Shown piece after piece: positions 37,485-49,615 of a DNA stretch of 64,000 nucleotides. The notes beneath the pieces were generated by a model. It worked only from the letters and a program-made list of their open reading frames with translations. It searched no databases and was not told where the DNA came from. Each line of letters starts with the position of its first letter. Position 1 is the first letter of the stretch. Source of the stretch: Macrostomum lignano (lineage: Eukaryota). The DNA is taken from the NCBI GenBank assembly GCA_002269645.1, contig NIVC01000957.1:124001-188000 (forward strand). Reading direction: 5' to 3'. Made by a program: the position numbers and the translations under genes.

Positions 37485-37945
37485 TCTCTTGGTGGGCACC
37501 CCTGTTTGGCGCCCCCTGTCTCTTGGTGAGCACCCCTGTTTGGCACCCCCTGTCTCTTCGTGGGAGCCCCTGTTTGGCGCCCCCTGTCTCTTCGTGGGAG
37601 CCCCTGTTTGACGCCCCCTGTCTCTTCGTGGGAGCCCCTGTCTCTTGGTGAGCACCCCTGTTTGGCGCCCCCTGTCTATTGGTGGGCACCACTGTTTGGC
37701 GCCCCCTGTCTCTTCGTGGGAGCCCCTGTCTCTTGGTGGGCACCCTTGTTTGGCGCCCCCTGTCTATTCTTGGGAGCCCCTGTCTCTTGGTGGGCGCCCC
37801 TGTCTCCTGGTGGGCACCACTGTTTGGCGCCCCCTGTCTATTCTTGGGAGCCCCTGTCTCTTCGTGGGAGCCCCTGTCTCTTGGTGGGCGCCCCTGTCGC
37901 TTGGTGAGTGTCCCTGTCTCTTGGTAGGCCCCCCGGCTCTTGGTG
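37485..37945. repeat. Inverted, degenerate copy of the 20-bp minisatellite family
   Basis: gcccctgtctcttggtgggc is the reverse complement of the 16420-17525 unit. Confidence 0.9.
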
Positions 37946-37985
37946 AGTGCCCCAGTCTCTTCGTGGAATCCCTGCCTCTTGGTGG

Positions 37986-38035
37986 GATGCTCGGCATGGA
38001 TTCCACAGGAACTTTCGTTAGTTTAGGTCCAACTG
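37986..38035 (-). pseudogene. ~50-bp fragment of WSC-PAN exon 2 (VGPKLTKVPVESMPSI)
   Basis: Matches 46183-46232 and 58338-58390 with a few substitutions. Confidence 0.7.
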
Positions 38036-38730
38036 ACTTGCTTGACTTAGCTGCAGGGTGGTGGTCTGTAGACACAGCGGGGAGGCGAGGGTCGCCCATT
38101 CCGCTAGCCCCTGAAGGCCCGCAGACAGGCAGAGGCGTGGGGCCGGTCAGGGTGGTCCGCCGGTCCGTCCTGCAGCGTGATCTCCCGTTGGGAAGAAAGT
38201 GGCTCGTCTAGTCGCCCGAAGGAACTGGATGAGCCGTGGGATGCTGTCGGGCTGGCAGACCTCGTCAATGGACGGGTTCGGCCTGAGGTAGCGTAGCCGG
38301 TCTCTGGTAAAGAAAGGGCAGTGACAAACAAAGTGCTGAGCATCTTCATTGTCGTACTCGCAAAAGGGGCAAAGTTCACTTTCGAGGTCGCCTCGGAGGA
38401 AGCAGTGCCTGGCGAGGTAGCCAAGGGCTACAAGGGCTCGAATATCCTTCCGATTTTGCTTCAGAAGGACGTTTCTGAGCCTGCCAAAGGGACACGGAAC
38501 CGCGGCACGGGATTGCCGGCAGTTTTGGATGCCCGCCTATCTGTCCCTGTGGAGGGAATTAGCCCAGTCATCGATTTGACGATTGATGACCGTCGAAGAG
38601 ATAGGGACCAGGGGAACAGGGCCAGAGAAAGTGCCAGAGCCGCCCCTCTTGGCGAGGGTGTCGGCCAGCTCGTTCCCCGCAAACCCTGGGATCCACTTCA
38701 GCCTGCCAGTATTGCTACTGCCAAAATGTA
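38036..38730 (-). mobile_element. 5'-truncated degenerate LINE (RNase H end, CCHC knuckle, 3' UTR)
   Basis: LKWIPG..GNELADTLAKRG..GPVPLVPI and CPFC..EDAQHFVCHCP. 3' end and TAAGTCAAG-like tail shared with 53346-53425. Confidence 0.85.
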
Positions 38731-40305
38731 GTTTGTTGTTTCGCAATGCCATCATTTTCTTCCGTTTGTTATGTCATGTCGTCTACGAGCTAGTGTAAGG
38801 GAAAGATTTTCTCAGAAAGACAAATAAGCTTTAGGTTCGTGTTCAGAACTGTTTCTTTTACTATCAGTAGACTGTCAGTCGTCAGACAGGCTCACATCGG
38901 CAATTCGGCAGCAGCTGAATCTCTGTCGCACAGCTATTTATTTCATAAAATTCTTTGTCTGCATCAGTTCCGGCTCTTACTCCCCAGCCGTATTGCTTCA
39001 TGAGCCTGCAAATATCAGCTTGTTGAGAATTCACTGAGCTTTCATGCAGCTTTCCCAGTTCAGCTCAAAGACAGCTCTGATGACAGATGAAGCAGTGAGT
39101 CCTTAAGCTAAGCACAAATATTGTTTCCGTGACTATATAATAGAACAAGAAGTGCTCCTGACCAGGTGATCAGGTTTGGCAGCCAATTGTTGCATCTGGT
39201 GTGATGTCTCGTTTCTCGAGAATTCAGCCGAAACAGAGTACGCACCACTTAGGGCGACAACCCCGCGCTTATATTTCACATCCAACCATGAATTATTACG
39301 CGATCGATAAATTTAGCAACAAGAAAAAGTTTTAATTATTTGCATAACATTTACTTGACGCCTACTTACAGTAGAGTAGTAAGAAAATATATCCTTTAAT
39401 GTTATTTAGTAAAACGGCCCTTTTAAGGGCTCTTTGTCACGACACAACCTCTGGGTCGGTGTGCAGCTTACACAGACGAGTCGCAACTCATGCCCGAGAT
39501 GTCCGGCACTGGACCGCTCGCTCACGCTGGTTTCCTTGGGTTTTGGAGCAAGCTGATACAGCTGCGTACTAACCAGCGTCAAATCTGCTTAACTTGCTGC
39601 GCCGGCTGGGTTTGGTAGCCACAAAAGTACATATGACATAAACGTATGTTTTCTGGGTTTTAAATATGCGAGCAACTGGCATCTAGATTGTCTTTGCCTT
39701 CTGAAATATCATGACTTTTGAGCACTGTATCGCCTTTAGACAGAGGCTAACATTCCCAGCATGAAGCAGGCACCTTAGTGTCATTTTCAAGGATGTATTA
39801 AGCCTCATTAAGGAGGCTAATTACGACGGAAGTGGGTTGATAGTGAGGTCCAGAAAACAATTTTGGACATCTAATTTCCACAAAATAATTGCTCTGAAAT
39901 TTTACATCTTCGGTCCCTTGATTTGTGCCAGGTGTCGAAATGCGTAGAAAAAATCAAATTTTACGATGAAACAACAAAAGCAGAAATTCGGCACCACTTG
40001 TGCATTCGAAAAATGCCAAATACCTCTGAAACGGCCCTTTTATGGGAAGCAAACAACTAATTACGCGAGAGAGATTAAAATCCCAGGGAATTTATTGAAT
40101 GATATTTAGATTTTGTTTGAATGCATTTATTTTTCTCTGCATTTGATACCCAATTTAAGTACTTAAATGTAAACATTTTCGTTTTTTGCAAATATCTCGA
40201 AAACTTTGCATACAAACCTATTGTGAAAATACCGGCATGCACTACATCCATCAATTATCTACAAAATGACACCTTTCATGCACGGATGGGTTGAAAAATA
40301 AGGAA

Positions 40306-41628
40306 CTAACCAATCACACCCCAACAGCAAAGGAGACGAACAGCAGCCAGGCAAATGTCTATGGCCGAAGCAGCGCGAGAGGAGGGGAAAGCGACCCCAA
40401 CCCCGAAAAAGGAGCAGAAAGGAGAGAACAGGGGGGTAAAAGCAAAGAGGCAGTCAAGGTAGCAAAGCCAGGCCACGAGCGCCGAGGAAAAAACGCCAAA
40501 GGGCCAATAAAACGAGCGAGTGAGCAGACAAGAGGCCAGGCAGGCGACGACCCGCCTAGCTGCCGCCCGACGGCGGGCAAAGGACGCCTCATCAGAGAAA
40601 TACCGAAAGACGCAGTCTGAACGCCAGTCGCCCATGCAACGGATGTCGGCGATTGAGAGGCCTGATTGAAAGGTAGCGCTGGCCCCGCCTCTACGCAGAC
40701 TGTGACAAGAGAAGCCGCACTCGCCAAAGCCGCACAGAGACATGCCCCGCTCTAGGAGCCGGATGAACATAGCGGCAGAAAGGCGAGTCCAGCCGCGGCT
40801 GCCTAGGACAGAAAACAGGGGCTGCTGCGACGCGTAGATTTGATTCTCGCGCAGATGAGTTGCTAGTGCGGAAGCGGGACAGATGAGCAGGCATTCGGAG
40901 GCCTGCGGTAGAAAAACTTCCAGTTGCCGCTCCTTGAGTTGGTTTGTCTTTGACCTGTTGAGCACCAGCCGCAGGCCGCCGGGGCACGCTGATAGGCAGC
41001 TCCGTGGAAGAGCGTCCGCAGCGGTGGATGGTAAGAGGCAAGAGCTCGCCGAGCCTAAGGACTCCCCACCAGGCCACCAGCAATGCTGCCTTGAAGGCGC
41101 CAGCAGACGGGGCGGCAGCGAATGACGTACATGTAGCTCGGTGGAGCTGCAGAGCAGGCGGAGGTGGCTGGGTTTCAGCGGCGTCGCACGCCGAGGCTGC
41201 CGGCTCAGAAGACGCCGGGCTCCGCGACACACGAGAGCCAAGCAGGCGCTGTCCTTAGTCGGGTCCGGCGACGCAGAAGCCCTATGTAGAAAAGACACCG
41301 CGCTCAGGCTTGACTGTACACGAGAGTATGACGCCGGTCCACGTTGTAAAAGGACGGCGACGAATTGGCAGACATCAGACTCGGAGGCGGCGGTCGCGGG
41401 GATTTGACGCTGCCGGCAGAATTCGTTCCAGACTTGTAAGTGGCTCGCATAGGACTTCCTGGAACTAGGCGCTAGTGACAGGCGGCACAGAGCGGACACA
41501 GACACGGTGGAGCGGAGCGGAGCGCGGCTGTGACCTGTGAATGAAGAGCAGTGCGAGACACGGCAGAAATGGTGTGGGAAGCAAATTCGAAAGGGCAAAT
41601 GCATAAAGAGCCGTAAAGACGGCAGCAA
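40306..41628 (-). CDS. Tyrosine recombinase of the Ngaro-like element (start and exact frame uncertain)
   Basis: SRKSYASHLQVWNEFC..LSAVSFLHR..SKTNQ..CPASAL..CHSLRRGGAS..GDWRSDCVFRY. Confidence 0.85.
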   Translation of the reverse strand: MLPSLRLFMHLPFRICFPHHFCRVSHCSSFTGHSRAPLRSTVSVSALCRLSLAPSSRKSYASHLQVWNEFCRQRQIPATAASESDVCQFVAVLLQRGPASYSRVQSSLSAVSFLHRASASPDPTKDSACLALVCRGARRLLSRQPRRATPLKPSHLRLLCSSTELHVRHSLPPRLLAPSRQHCWWPGGESLGSASSCLLPSTAADALPRSCLSACPGGLRLVLNRSKTNQLKERQLEVFLPQASECLLICPASALATHLRENQIYASQQPLFSVLGSRGWTRLSAAMFIRLLERGMSLCGFGECGFSCHSLRRGGASATFQSGLSIADIRCMGDWRSDCVFRYFSDEASFARRRAAARRVVACLASCLLTRSFYWPFGVFSSALVAWLCYLDCLFAFTPLFSPFCSFFGVGVAFPSSRAASAIDICLAAVRLLCCWGVIG

Positions 41629-41699
41629 AAATTGATGAGCTCTCTGCTCGAGCCCCCCATTCTAGAAGCGGAGTCGCTCAGCAGCTGCATCTGGCCAGG

Positions 41700-43104
41700 A
41701 AGGTGGAACGCCTGGAGCTGAATTCCCGACGTGAGGCACACGAGAGCAACGGTCTGATAGATGCGAATGAGCAGAGGATGCCGATAGGACAGCTTATTGA
41801 CCATGCCGACGGCAGCAGTGAATCCGAGTAAATCACCACGCGGCTGTTCCTAAGCTGCTCACCGAAGCGCAGGATGGTAAGCAGCGGACCCAGTGCCTCC
41901 TTGTGGTTGATGTGGAGGTCGCGGAACTTGCTCTTGAAGTCCTTCTCCCAGCTGAAGTACGTCCAGTCATTGAATTCGCTGCCAAAAACGATGCCAGCAG
42001 CACCCTCGCAACTGCTATCAGATTCGATTGCCACATGTTGACGAAAACGAGGGCAAATGACCGTCGGCGGCAGAGATCCCACGACATGCCGCCACCAGAT
42101 GAAGAGGGTGCGAAGCTCAGATGGCGGCCGGATGTCCGTTCTGTTGCTGATGATGTCGAAGAGCGGGGGCAGAAAAGGGCGCAAAAGCCTGTTGATCTGG
42201 CTGAGCCAGCATGACTTCCCGGCCAGTTTTTCGAGCTGCTTCAGCTTGACAACGTCACGTGACAGGCAATCGTTCAGCAGTTTCCGAATGTCGTCTTTCT
42301 TGTTGCTTGGAAGCGACAGGGTGCCATTCACAGTGTCGACCAGCACACCGAGAACACAACCTGTTGAGCTGGAGCCACGGTCTTCTGCCAGTTGATGTCG
42401 AAGCCTAACTTCTGCAGCAGATTCATCAGATAATTGGAGGCCTCCTGAGCCGCTTCTTTAGTATCAGCGGCTACTGCCCAGTCGTCCAAGTAGTTGACGG
42501 TAGCTATGAAGCCAAAGCTGAGCATGTGGCGCTTGATGCAGGGCGATAAGCGATGGAAAATTTCACATGACGCTCGAGCACCAAAGGGCAACCGGGTGTC
42601 AACGAGCACCGAGTCTTCGCAGTCTGCGGCGAACCGCCAACTGAGGCCCGTGAGCGCCTGGTCGTCTGGGTGAATACCGACGGAACGATAGGCCTGCTTG
42701 AGGTCAATTTTGCCGATAAACGAGCTTGGGCGAAGATAGCGGGTCAGGTCTTGGACAGAGGCAAAGCGCAGCCCCTTTTCCTGCTCATAGTTGTCGTTGA
42801 CAGAGGACCCCAAAGGTCTAGAAAGGTCATGAATGACCCGGACACTGCCGTCAGATTTTGGAATCGCCCCGATGGCGTTCACCATGACAGGGCCGTTGGC
42901 AAACTGCAGGCGGCCGAGACGGAGCTCCTCGGCAAACTGTTCATCAACTTACTTGGCTTGGTCCAAGGCCGAGCGGTAGTTGGCGGAGCAGGCAAGAGAA
43001 GGCGGTGACCTATTGACGAGCCGAAAGCCGTAACTAAGGCCGCTGCGAAGAAAATTTTCGTCTTGGTCACCCAGAAGCAGCAGCTCCCAGGCGGCCAGGT
43101 TCAT
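41700..43104 (-). pseudogene. RT-RNase H ORF2 of the Ngaro-like element, frameshifted
   Basis: GAIPKSDGSVRVIHDLS, KIDLKQAYRSV, RLPFGARAS, NYLDDW, ESDSS, HINHKEAL, IYSD spread over ORFs 42949-43173, 42328-42885 and 41678-42346. Confidence 0.9.
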
Positions 43105-43277
43105 GTCGAACGATAGAGAGCGGTGCGGCGGAGAGAGCAGGGTGAGAGCGGGGCAATGAGCAGAAGGAGGCAAGATAAAAGGCGAGGGTAAACGGGGGTA
43201 TAAAACCGGGTGGCTATAAAAAAGATCTAGTTTTTTGCTCCCTCCACAGCGTCGCCGCCGACGCTGGCCGGACGGTG

Positions 43278-44293
43278 CTAGTGCGCGGGGTGCGGGCGGC
43301 CGCAGTCGCGCAGCTTGTAGACGTGACGGTACCTACAGGAGGACCGCTGGCAGCCGGCAGGGGAGTTGTAGCTTAGACAGACGTGTGCTTGCGACTGGTT
43401 GGATGCTGGTCTGCTCAGGGTGACTTTTAAGTTTCTTGGTGCGTTAAGGTGTCGGTGGTACAACTGTGGAGGCTCGCAGCCCCATCGATGCGAAAGCGAG
43501 TCTGCAATCAACTTTCTGTAATCCTCATCGAATTCCCACACGACACTTGGACTGTAGTTGGCGTCTAAGAGCTCGCCGATCTTCTGTGTGTACTCCAGAT
43601 AGCCTTTTAATTCGTCAACATTGACAGATCCGCCCTCATTCATGTGATTCAGCGACCCATCATCGATTAGGCGAAGCAAAATCTTAGAGTTCACTGCAAT
43701 CCACTGGCTGACAGAGATTTTCTCCAAGCTGGGTGGCTGCTTCTTAAAGACCAAGGTTGCCGTTCTCCATGCAGGCTGTGACGCTCTCATTAGGTTGATT
43801 TGAACTGGGCTTGACAAAATCGCGAATCAGATAAGCCCTGCTAGGCTTTTTGTCATGCTGGCTTCTGCCGGTATCTGTAAGAGCGCCGCCTAACAAAAAG
43901 GCCTCATGCAAGCCAGCATTTTCTCTTCGCTCACCTTGTTGTTTAGGTTCCTGCGACCGGTGATTCTGCGACTGGTTGAGCTCGCTTTGCAGTTGTGCGC
44001 GGCGCCGAGTCAGGGCTTCGATCTCCAGCTGCTCGACCTCCTTCCTCAGAGCCGCCAGGTCGCTTGCCGCGCTCCCTGAAGCTCCGTGCCCACCCGTCGA
44101 ATGACCACCGTCGATGGTGTCTGAGTTGAGGCTTGCGTCGTCACTTTTTGGTGCAGCTGAACCCCCAGACATAGCACTCAGGTGTTTGTGTAGACGCTCG
44201 TAGAGCTGTTGTTTGCGACCAGCTTGAGAGAGGCCTCGCTGAGCTAGCTCTTGTTTGAGCGGTTTGGTTGTAAATTTGCCGTGCGCTTTCCAT
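43278..44293 (-). pseudogene. Gag-like ORF1 with an N-terminal SAP-like motif and a C-terminal Cys/His finger, frameshifted
   Basis: KPLKQELAQRGLSQAGRKQQLYERL; AYLIRDFV; SQWIAVNSKIL..YLEY..EFDEDYRK; CLSYNSPAGCQRSSCRYRH. Confidence 0.8.
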
Positions 44294-45984
44294 GTCGGTA
44301 AAAAAATTGAGCTGCAAAGCCAGAGCGAGCGACGTGGCACAGAGGACGGCGCACAAAGGCGACACAAAGTACAGCGCAAGGAGGGGTGGATGGCTAACAC
44401 CCATTTCACTCCAGGCTCACCCCCTAAGAGAAATGGAGGCAGCAGAAAATTTTCAAAAATTGAAAAAATGCGATATATTGATTTTATTGATTTTTTCAAC
44501 TTTAGACGCCTTCATCTCTGCGTCTCTGCGTCCTGTTGTCCAGCCGCTTCGGTATTGTCCTGAGCGGCGGCAGGGGCTGACTGAGAGGCACCGGGGGTTC
44601 CGGTGTTGCAATGTCCGGCTGGGCCGCGGTACCAACCTTGGTTGGTGCTCCAGCAGTCTCGGGCGTGTCGTAGGTAAAAGAATACTCCATGAGTCGCTGA
44701 AAGGCGAATGGGGACTAGAAGTAAGAAGCTGCTGGGCCGTAACCCCAAACCCAACAGCCAGCCAAAAGATAGCGACCGGGGAGTGGCTTAAGCCCTTACC
44801 GGCCCGACCGCTAGCAACCGAGAAACTCCCCGGCTAAGAGCCCGGCTTGGAGAAACCAGAGGCCGAACCAAAGGACCACACTGGGCCCTTGAGGGGGGAC
44901 AAGAGGCTGTCCCCGGAGCCTGCGGACTGGCCGCATACTCTGTTAGGTCAGAGGGTGATACCTGTACCTCAGAGCCGTGACCAGAGGTACCTGATACGCA
45001 CAGGTTCACTTCCGGGCGGAGACCGTACCCATGAACACAGCCAAGACCGAGGTCAAGGCTACGGGTGGGATTGCCGCCGCCGGAGCCCAGTCAGTCCTAG
45101 GCAGTCCTAGAGCTGCCTTGAACACTTGCGGGACGTGAACCCCTAGGTCGGCTTGTGAGTCAGCTTGGAGAGATCTCCTGCCATTCCTGAACCAGAATAG
45201 AGGGGGTGCAGGTGTGTAGGATCGCAGACCTTAGCTCATAAGCCTGGTCTGTCTCATGCTGCACAAGCGTGCTGAACCCACTATACTCGTAGCATGCGCA
45301 GCAGTAGCACATATAGCAACATGCTTGATGTCATTTTGTAGCAAACATTCAGCTGTATAAATTTAAGTTGGAACCAGACAAAGTTAGAGGGCCGCACTAA
45401 GGCATTTCCAACTGCTAACAGGGCGTCACCGACAGCCTGCAGTTCCACTTTTACACTGTTCAATAGCCGCTTTATAATCGTATCTTGCTACTCGATAGTA
45501 GGCGATTTCCTGGGACTCAGAGTATTGATGGATGCTTGACAGTTGATTGACTTCATTCGGGACACAGTTAGGCAGATGCTACCATGGTATAAGAGTATGC
45601 TCATGATCGGAACATGCAAATTAGCCAGTTGGCTCTGCATGGTCAAGTTTGTCAAGACAGGTGTGAAATCATATTGCATTGCAGTAATAACATGTTTAAC
45701 ACCGAATTTATTTGCTTTTTGCTTTTTCAATTCAGAATCTGCTTCACAGTGGCGACAATCAATTTTAGTTGCCACGAAGAAGAGGTGGAAAAATCCACCT
45801 GGACAATTTTCAGAAATAAAGTAGAAAAAATTTGAAGAGCGGTAGAGGGCTGCGCTAAAAACAAAAAACTCTTTTGCTTAAATTAGCAGCATACTAGCTA
45901 AACTTGTTGTTCTCTGATTGTTTGCAGGATTTTGATTCACCTATGCAGTTAAAATTCATTCAGCTTCTTGGTGCCTTTCTGGTA

Positions 45985-46756
45985 TCACTTCTTCACCCAG
46001 ACCCACTGGGCCTCGCTGGCGATGTCGCTGGGCATGGCAGCGAATCTCATGAGGCGGCACATTCGGCTGGACTGTACGAAGGCGCAGGCGAGGCAGTCCG
46101 GGTTGCGGTGGCAGACGGCCGCGCATTCGATGACGCTTCCAGCCGTAACGCTGCGGTAAACGATGGAGCTGGCGGAGGCTGCGATGCTCGGCATGGAGGC
46201 AACGGGAACTTTCGTTAGTTTCGGTCCAACTGTAAATTAGGAAGAAGTTTAAAAAGTTGTATAAATCGTTAGGATAAAAACTGGTTTAACTTATTGAGAG
46301 AATCACGAAATTCTTGACGCAGAACCCACTGGGTGGGTACAGAGACTCATAGATGGAGTTCCTTGAGTCGCCGCCGCACTCCTGAGACGTGTTCCCTGTG
46401 CAAGGGTAGTTGCAGTCGGCGGCAGGAGCGACGCCTTTCGAGCCGTAGGTCGAGCCGCAGCAGCAGAAAACGCGGCTCTGGGTACCGAAGTAGCGAAAGC
46501 GGCCGTAGGAGCAGATTTCTCTGCACATCTCGAGCGTTAAAGCATCCTCTCGGACAAAGACCGGGTTGCCTGGGTCATATGAGTAGGGTCCCAAAGTAGT
46601 GACCCCTTCCAGACCGACCAGGTCCCTGTCACCGTTGCCGCCGTCAACGTAGCAACCAAGATAGCGGTGGCCCAGCGGCTGCGGAGGCAGCAGCACCGCT
46701 GAACAAAGGTAGCCCTGCACCAGCAGCTTCAGGAGGGCCTGAGCGGGGCGGAACAT
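45985..46756 (-). CDS. Secreted WSC + PAN/apple protein, paralog 1 (223 aa), exons 46330-46756 and 45985-46229
   Basis: YLGCYVD..LTLEMCREIC..YFGTQ..CCCG..DCNYPCTGN..ECGG (WSC). SVIECAAVCHRNPDCLACAF..MCRL (PAN). TATAAAA at ~46834-46841. Confidence 0.85.
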
Positions 46757-48019
46757 TGGCTCAGCGATGGGTTGCGACGAATAACGGAGGGCTGAGTCCG
46801 AATCAGTCTGGTAATTTCAAGTTCTCCACAGACTTTTTATAACGGCCGGTGTCCGCCCCACCCCTATTGTTTTTTTGCCCCGGCTCAGGGACTTCTTGAT
46901 AGAGCATCTGGATTGGAAGCTCCCCACCCCAAACATTTCATGGGGGATCAAAACTGATAGCCAGTCAAATCAAGGCAATCGCCCAGCAGTCAGTTATGCT
47001 AGATGAAGCAATGGCTCAAAGCTCATAAAAAATGTATGCGCTCTGAAGGGTCATCCACACCATTGTCTTAAGCCAACTTTGCCCGAAAAGGACCAAGGCA
47101 TCCTGGCGGAAGAAACATTCTGTCTTATGCAAGGTCTACAGGACGTCATGCAGGACGTGGACGCTCCATTGTGGTAAAATTGGACCCAGGGGTTCTAACA
47201 GTATCTGAAGCTCTTTTAAAATGCACATTTTGGCATGCAATGTAGCTGATATTATAAACCATTATTCTCAGTTGCTACAGAACTTTGCCAACCAAATTCA
47301 GGAGCAAATTCCATCGCAAAAGCTTCGTGAGTTTCTCAAATACAATCTCATATTTCTGATTGGGCTCAGCTGATTTAACGCAGATCAACCATCTGTGTGA
47401 CGCATCTTCTGAGCTTGCTGTATTTTCATAGTCTCATGTTTTAATCGCAATTCCTTTTGGCCGACTGTAGGCTGCGCTGAAACGATGAAGGTCAAATGTC
47501 AGAGAGCTGTACCAGCGGATGCGCCGGAACTGTAAACCTGCTGTTTACTCAAATGAATATAATCCACTGTGAGCTCACACGTCAGCTGGGAGTCCAGACA
47601 GATACACGATACCTGAAAAAGCCAGCATCAGCAACTTCTGAAGTTCGGAGTCAAAGAGAACATTGTGAATTTCGCTTGAACTTGAATCCGGCCAGGCATT
47701 TAACTAAGGAAGTTAATTGGTGAGGAATACCTGCTCAGTTGAGTAGCATATCCTAGTAGTTCTGCAGAATTCGCATACAACAGGTTCAGTGTAGAATGTA
47801 GCTGAAGGAATGATACACCGTGCCAAAGGCTGGGCAACATATGTTATAATGAAAAAATCAAATTAATACCTGTAGCTACCTCAAATTTGCACTGGCAATG
47901 CATTCAGCTGGGCTTATGTACTTCATCGGTTTCTCTTTCTGTAAAGCAGGGGTCGGCAAAGTCTTTGAAGTGGCGTCGTTTTAAGAGCCAGATATAGAAT
48001 CTAACACAGGACTGCGGGA

Positions 48020-48240
48020 CAGAGGGAGGAGAGGAGAGTAAAGAGAAGAAATAAATGAGAAAAGGGGAGAAGAGAGAAAGGAGAAGAGAAGGGAGATGAG
48101 AGAGGAGAAAGGAGCTGAGGGGAGAGGGGAGAGAGGAGAGGGGAAGGAGGGGAGAGAGGGACAGAGGGGAGAGAGGGACAGAGGGGAGAGAGGGGAGAGA
48201 GGGGAGAGAAGGCAGGAGAAAAAGGAAAAGAAAGCTGATA
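48020..48240. repeat. AG-rich polypurine low-complexity tract
   Basis: Direct reading. Confidence 0.85.
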
Positions 48241-48802
48241 AGAGGCACAAGCCTTAAGTTGGCTAATGTGAAGTTTCACGGACCTCAGGCTGGATAGAGG
48301 CTTCGCTAGCCGCGACTCCTGCTGTAAAGCGTACACAGTACACTGCTGGTTTCTTCTCTATATCAGACATTTCTCTGGCTTGTTCTCGTCGCATAAAGAT
48401 TATTCAGTCACTGTCGATATCTGCTTTCTAGTTTACTGGCTAACTGGATTCTCCAGTCCAGAGCACTGTATGAATAAGCTTTTGAGAAAATTCGACTGCC
48501 AGCAGGGCAACGCATTGGCAGGAAGACGAACTCTTGATGGCTTTTCTGTTTTTCACTTTTTCATTGCCGGACTGAATTTTTTATAACTTTAGCTGCTCTG
48601 TGCTCTTCGAAGACTCGAAATTGAGTACGAAATGACCTGGTTTGATTCCTACGACACTCGAAAGCACTGGGCCGTTTTGCTTTCTTGTCTTTGCCATTGT
48701 ACAGTGGCCGTACAGAATAGAATTGTGGGACCAATCAGCAAGATATACAAAAAATCAAGACACATGTATGCATATCAGTCAGGGGGCCGTAGCCTAGTGA
48801 TC

Positions 48803-49085
48803 TGATGTGCCAACGGCCCAGGCTCGATTCAAATTGCAGTCACATTAATTTGGGGCTAAATTGGAATCTCGGCTTGGCTCTGCTCGTGAAATTAACGCCG
48901 TTGAAGGCCAACCCCAAAGGCACAGTGAAGTGGCCGCTGTACACTCCTGTGTGAGTGTGTGCCTGTGCGTATGACTGCGTATCAAGTGTGCCCGCTCAGA
49001 GGAGTCGGCGGAATGGGCAGTAAATGCCTCTCGCTGGTTGTCGAGAATGTCGCTTTAAGTGGTCAAGGGTGCACACAGCCCCGTG
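48803..49085 (-). repeat. Second copy of the ~290-bp dispersed repeat
   Basis: Reverse-complement similarity to 19970-20266. Confidence 0.7.
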
Positions 49086-49615
49086 CTTCTAAAAAAATAA
49101 TGAATGTTAGACAAGTGTTGGACTTGCATTTTGCATTTCCTTGCATTGCTCTACACCTTGTTCTGCCTCTGATTCCAGCCCAGTTGCTATGTTAGAAAGT
49201 GCCTGGGCCGCTGCATTGTTCAAAGTCCATTCATCTGCACGAAAAGGGTTGATTAAAGCAGTCAGACTTTGCCGCAACAATGGAAGAAGTGGCATGCAGC
49301 AGCTACTGTCTCACTGATTCCGGCTTGTAGGATGAGAACTCGTCCCTTTCAAGGGACACTGGATGGAGCTGAAAGATCTCGATGGGGCCTAAATGGGTCT
49401 CCTAATGGTTTGCCATTACGCGTACAATAAAAGGTTGAAAAGTCGCTAACAATGCATGGATTGTTTGATACTTTTCGATTCAGGTGGACTTTTTATGCGT
49501 TATCTGTAGCAGAGAAACATTTCTCCCCATACTACATGGAAGTTAATCTCAGTGAACAAGAGGCAAAAACGTACGTATTTGTTGAAATTCACTGCTTGAA
49601 TTGGCCGAGGGTGAG

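Larger units (their letters stand above)
40290..44426 (-). mobile_element. Ngaro/DIRS-type tyrosine-recombinase retrotransposon, frameshifted, terminal repeats not found
   Basis: Order gag-like ORF1, RT/RNase H, YR. Several frameshifts. No split direct repeats seen, so probably 3'-truncated. Confidence 0.9.

Noticed and set aside
41611-41622. CCGTAAAGACGG, resembling my recollection of a flatworm spliced-leader 5' end
   Set aside because: Only 12 nt match, the rest of the leader, donor and Sm site are absent, and it lies inside the retrotransposon.
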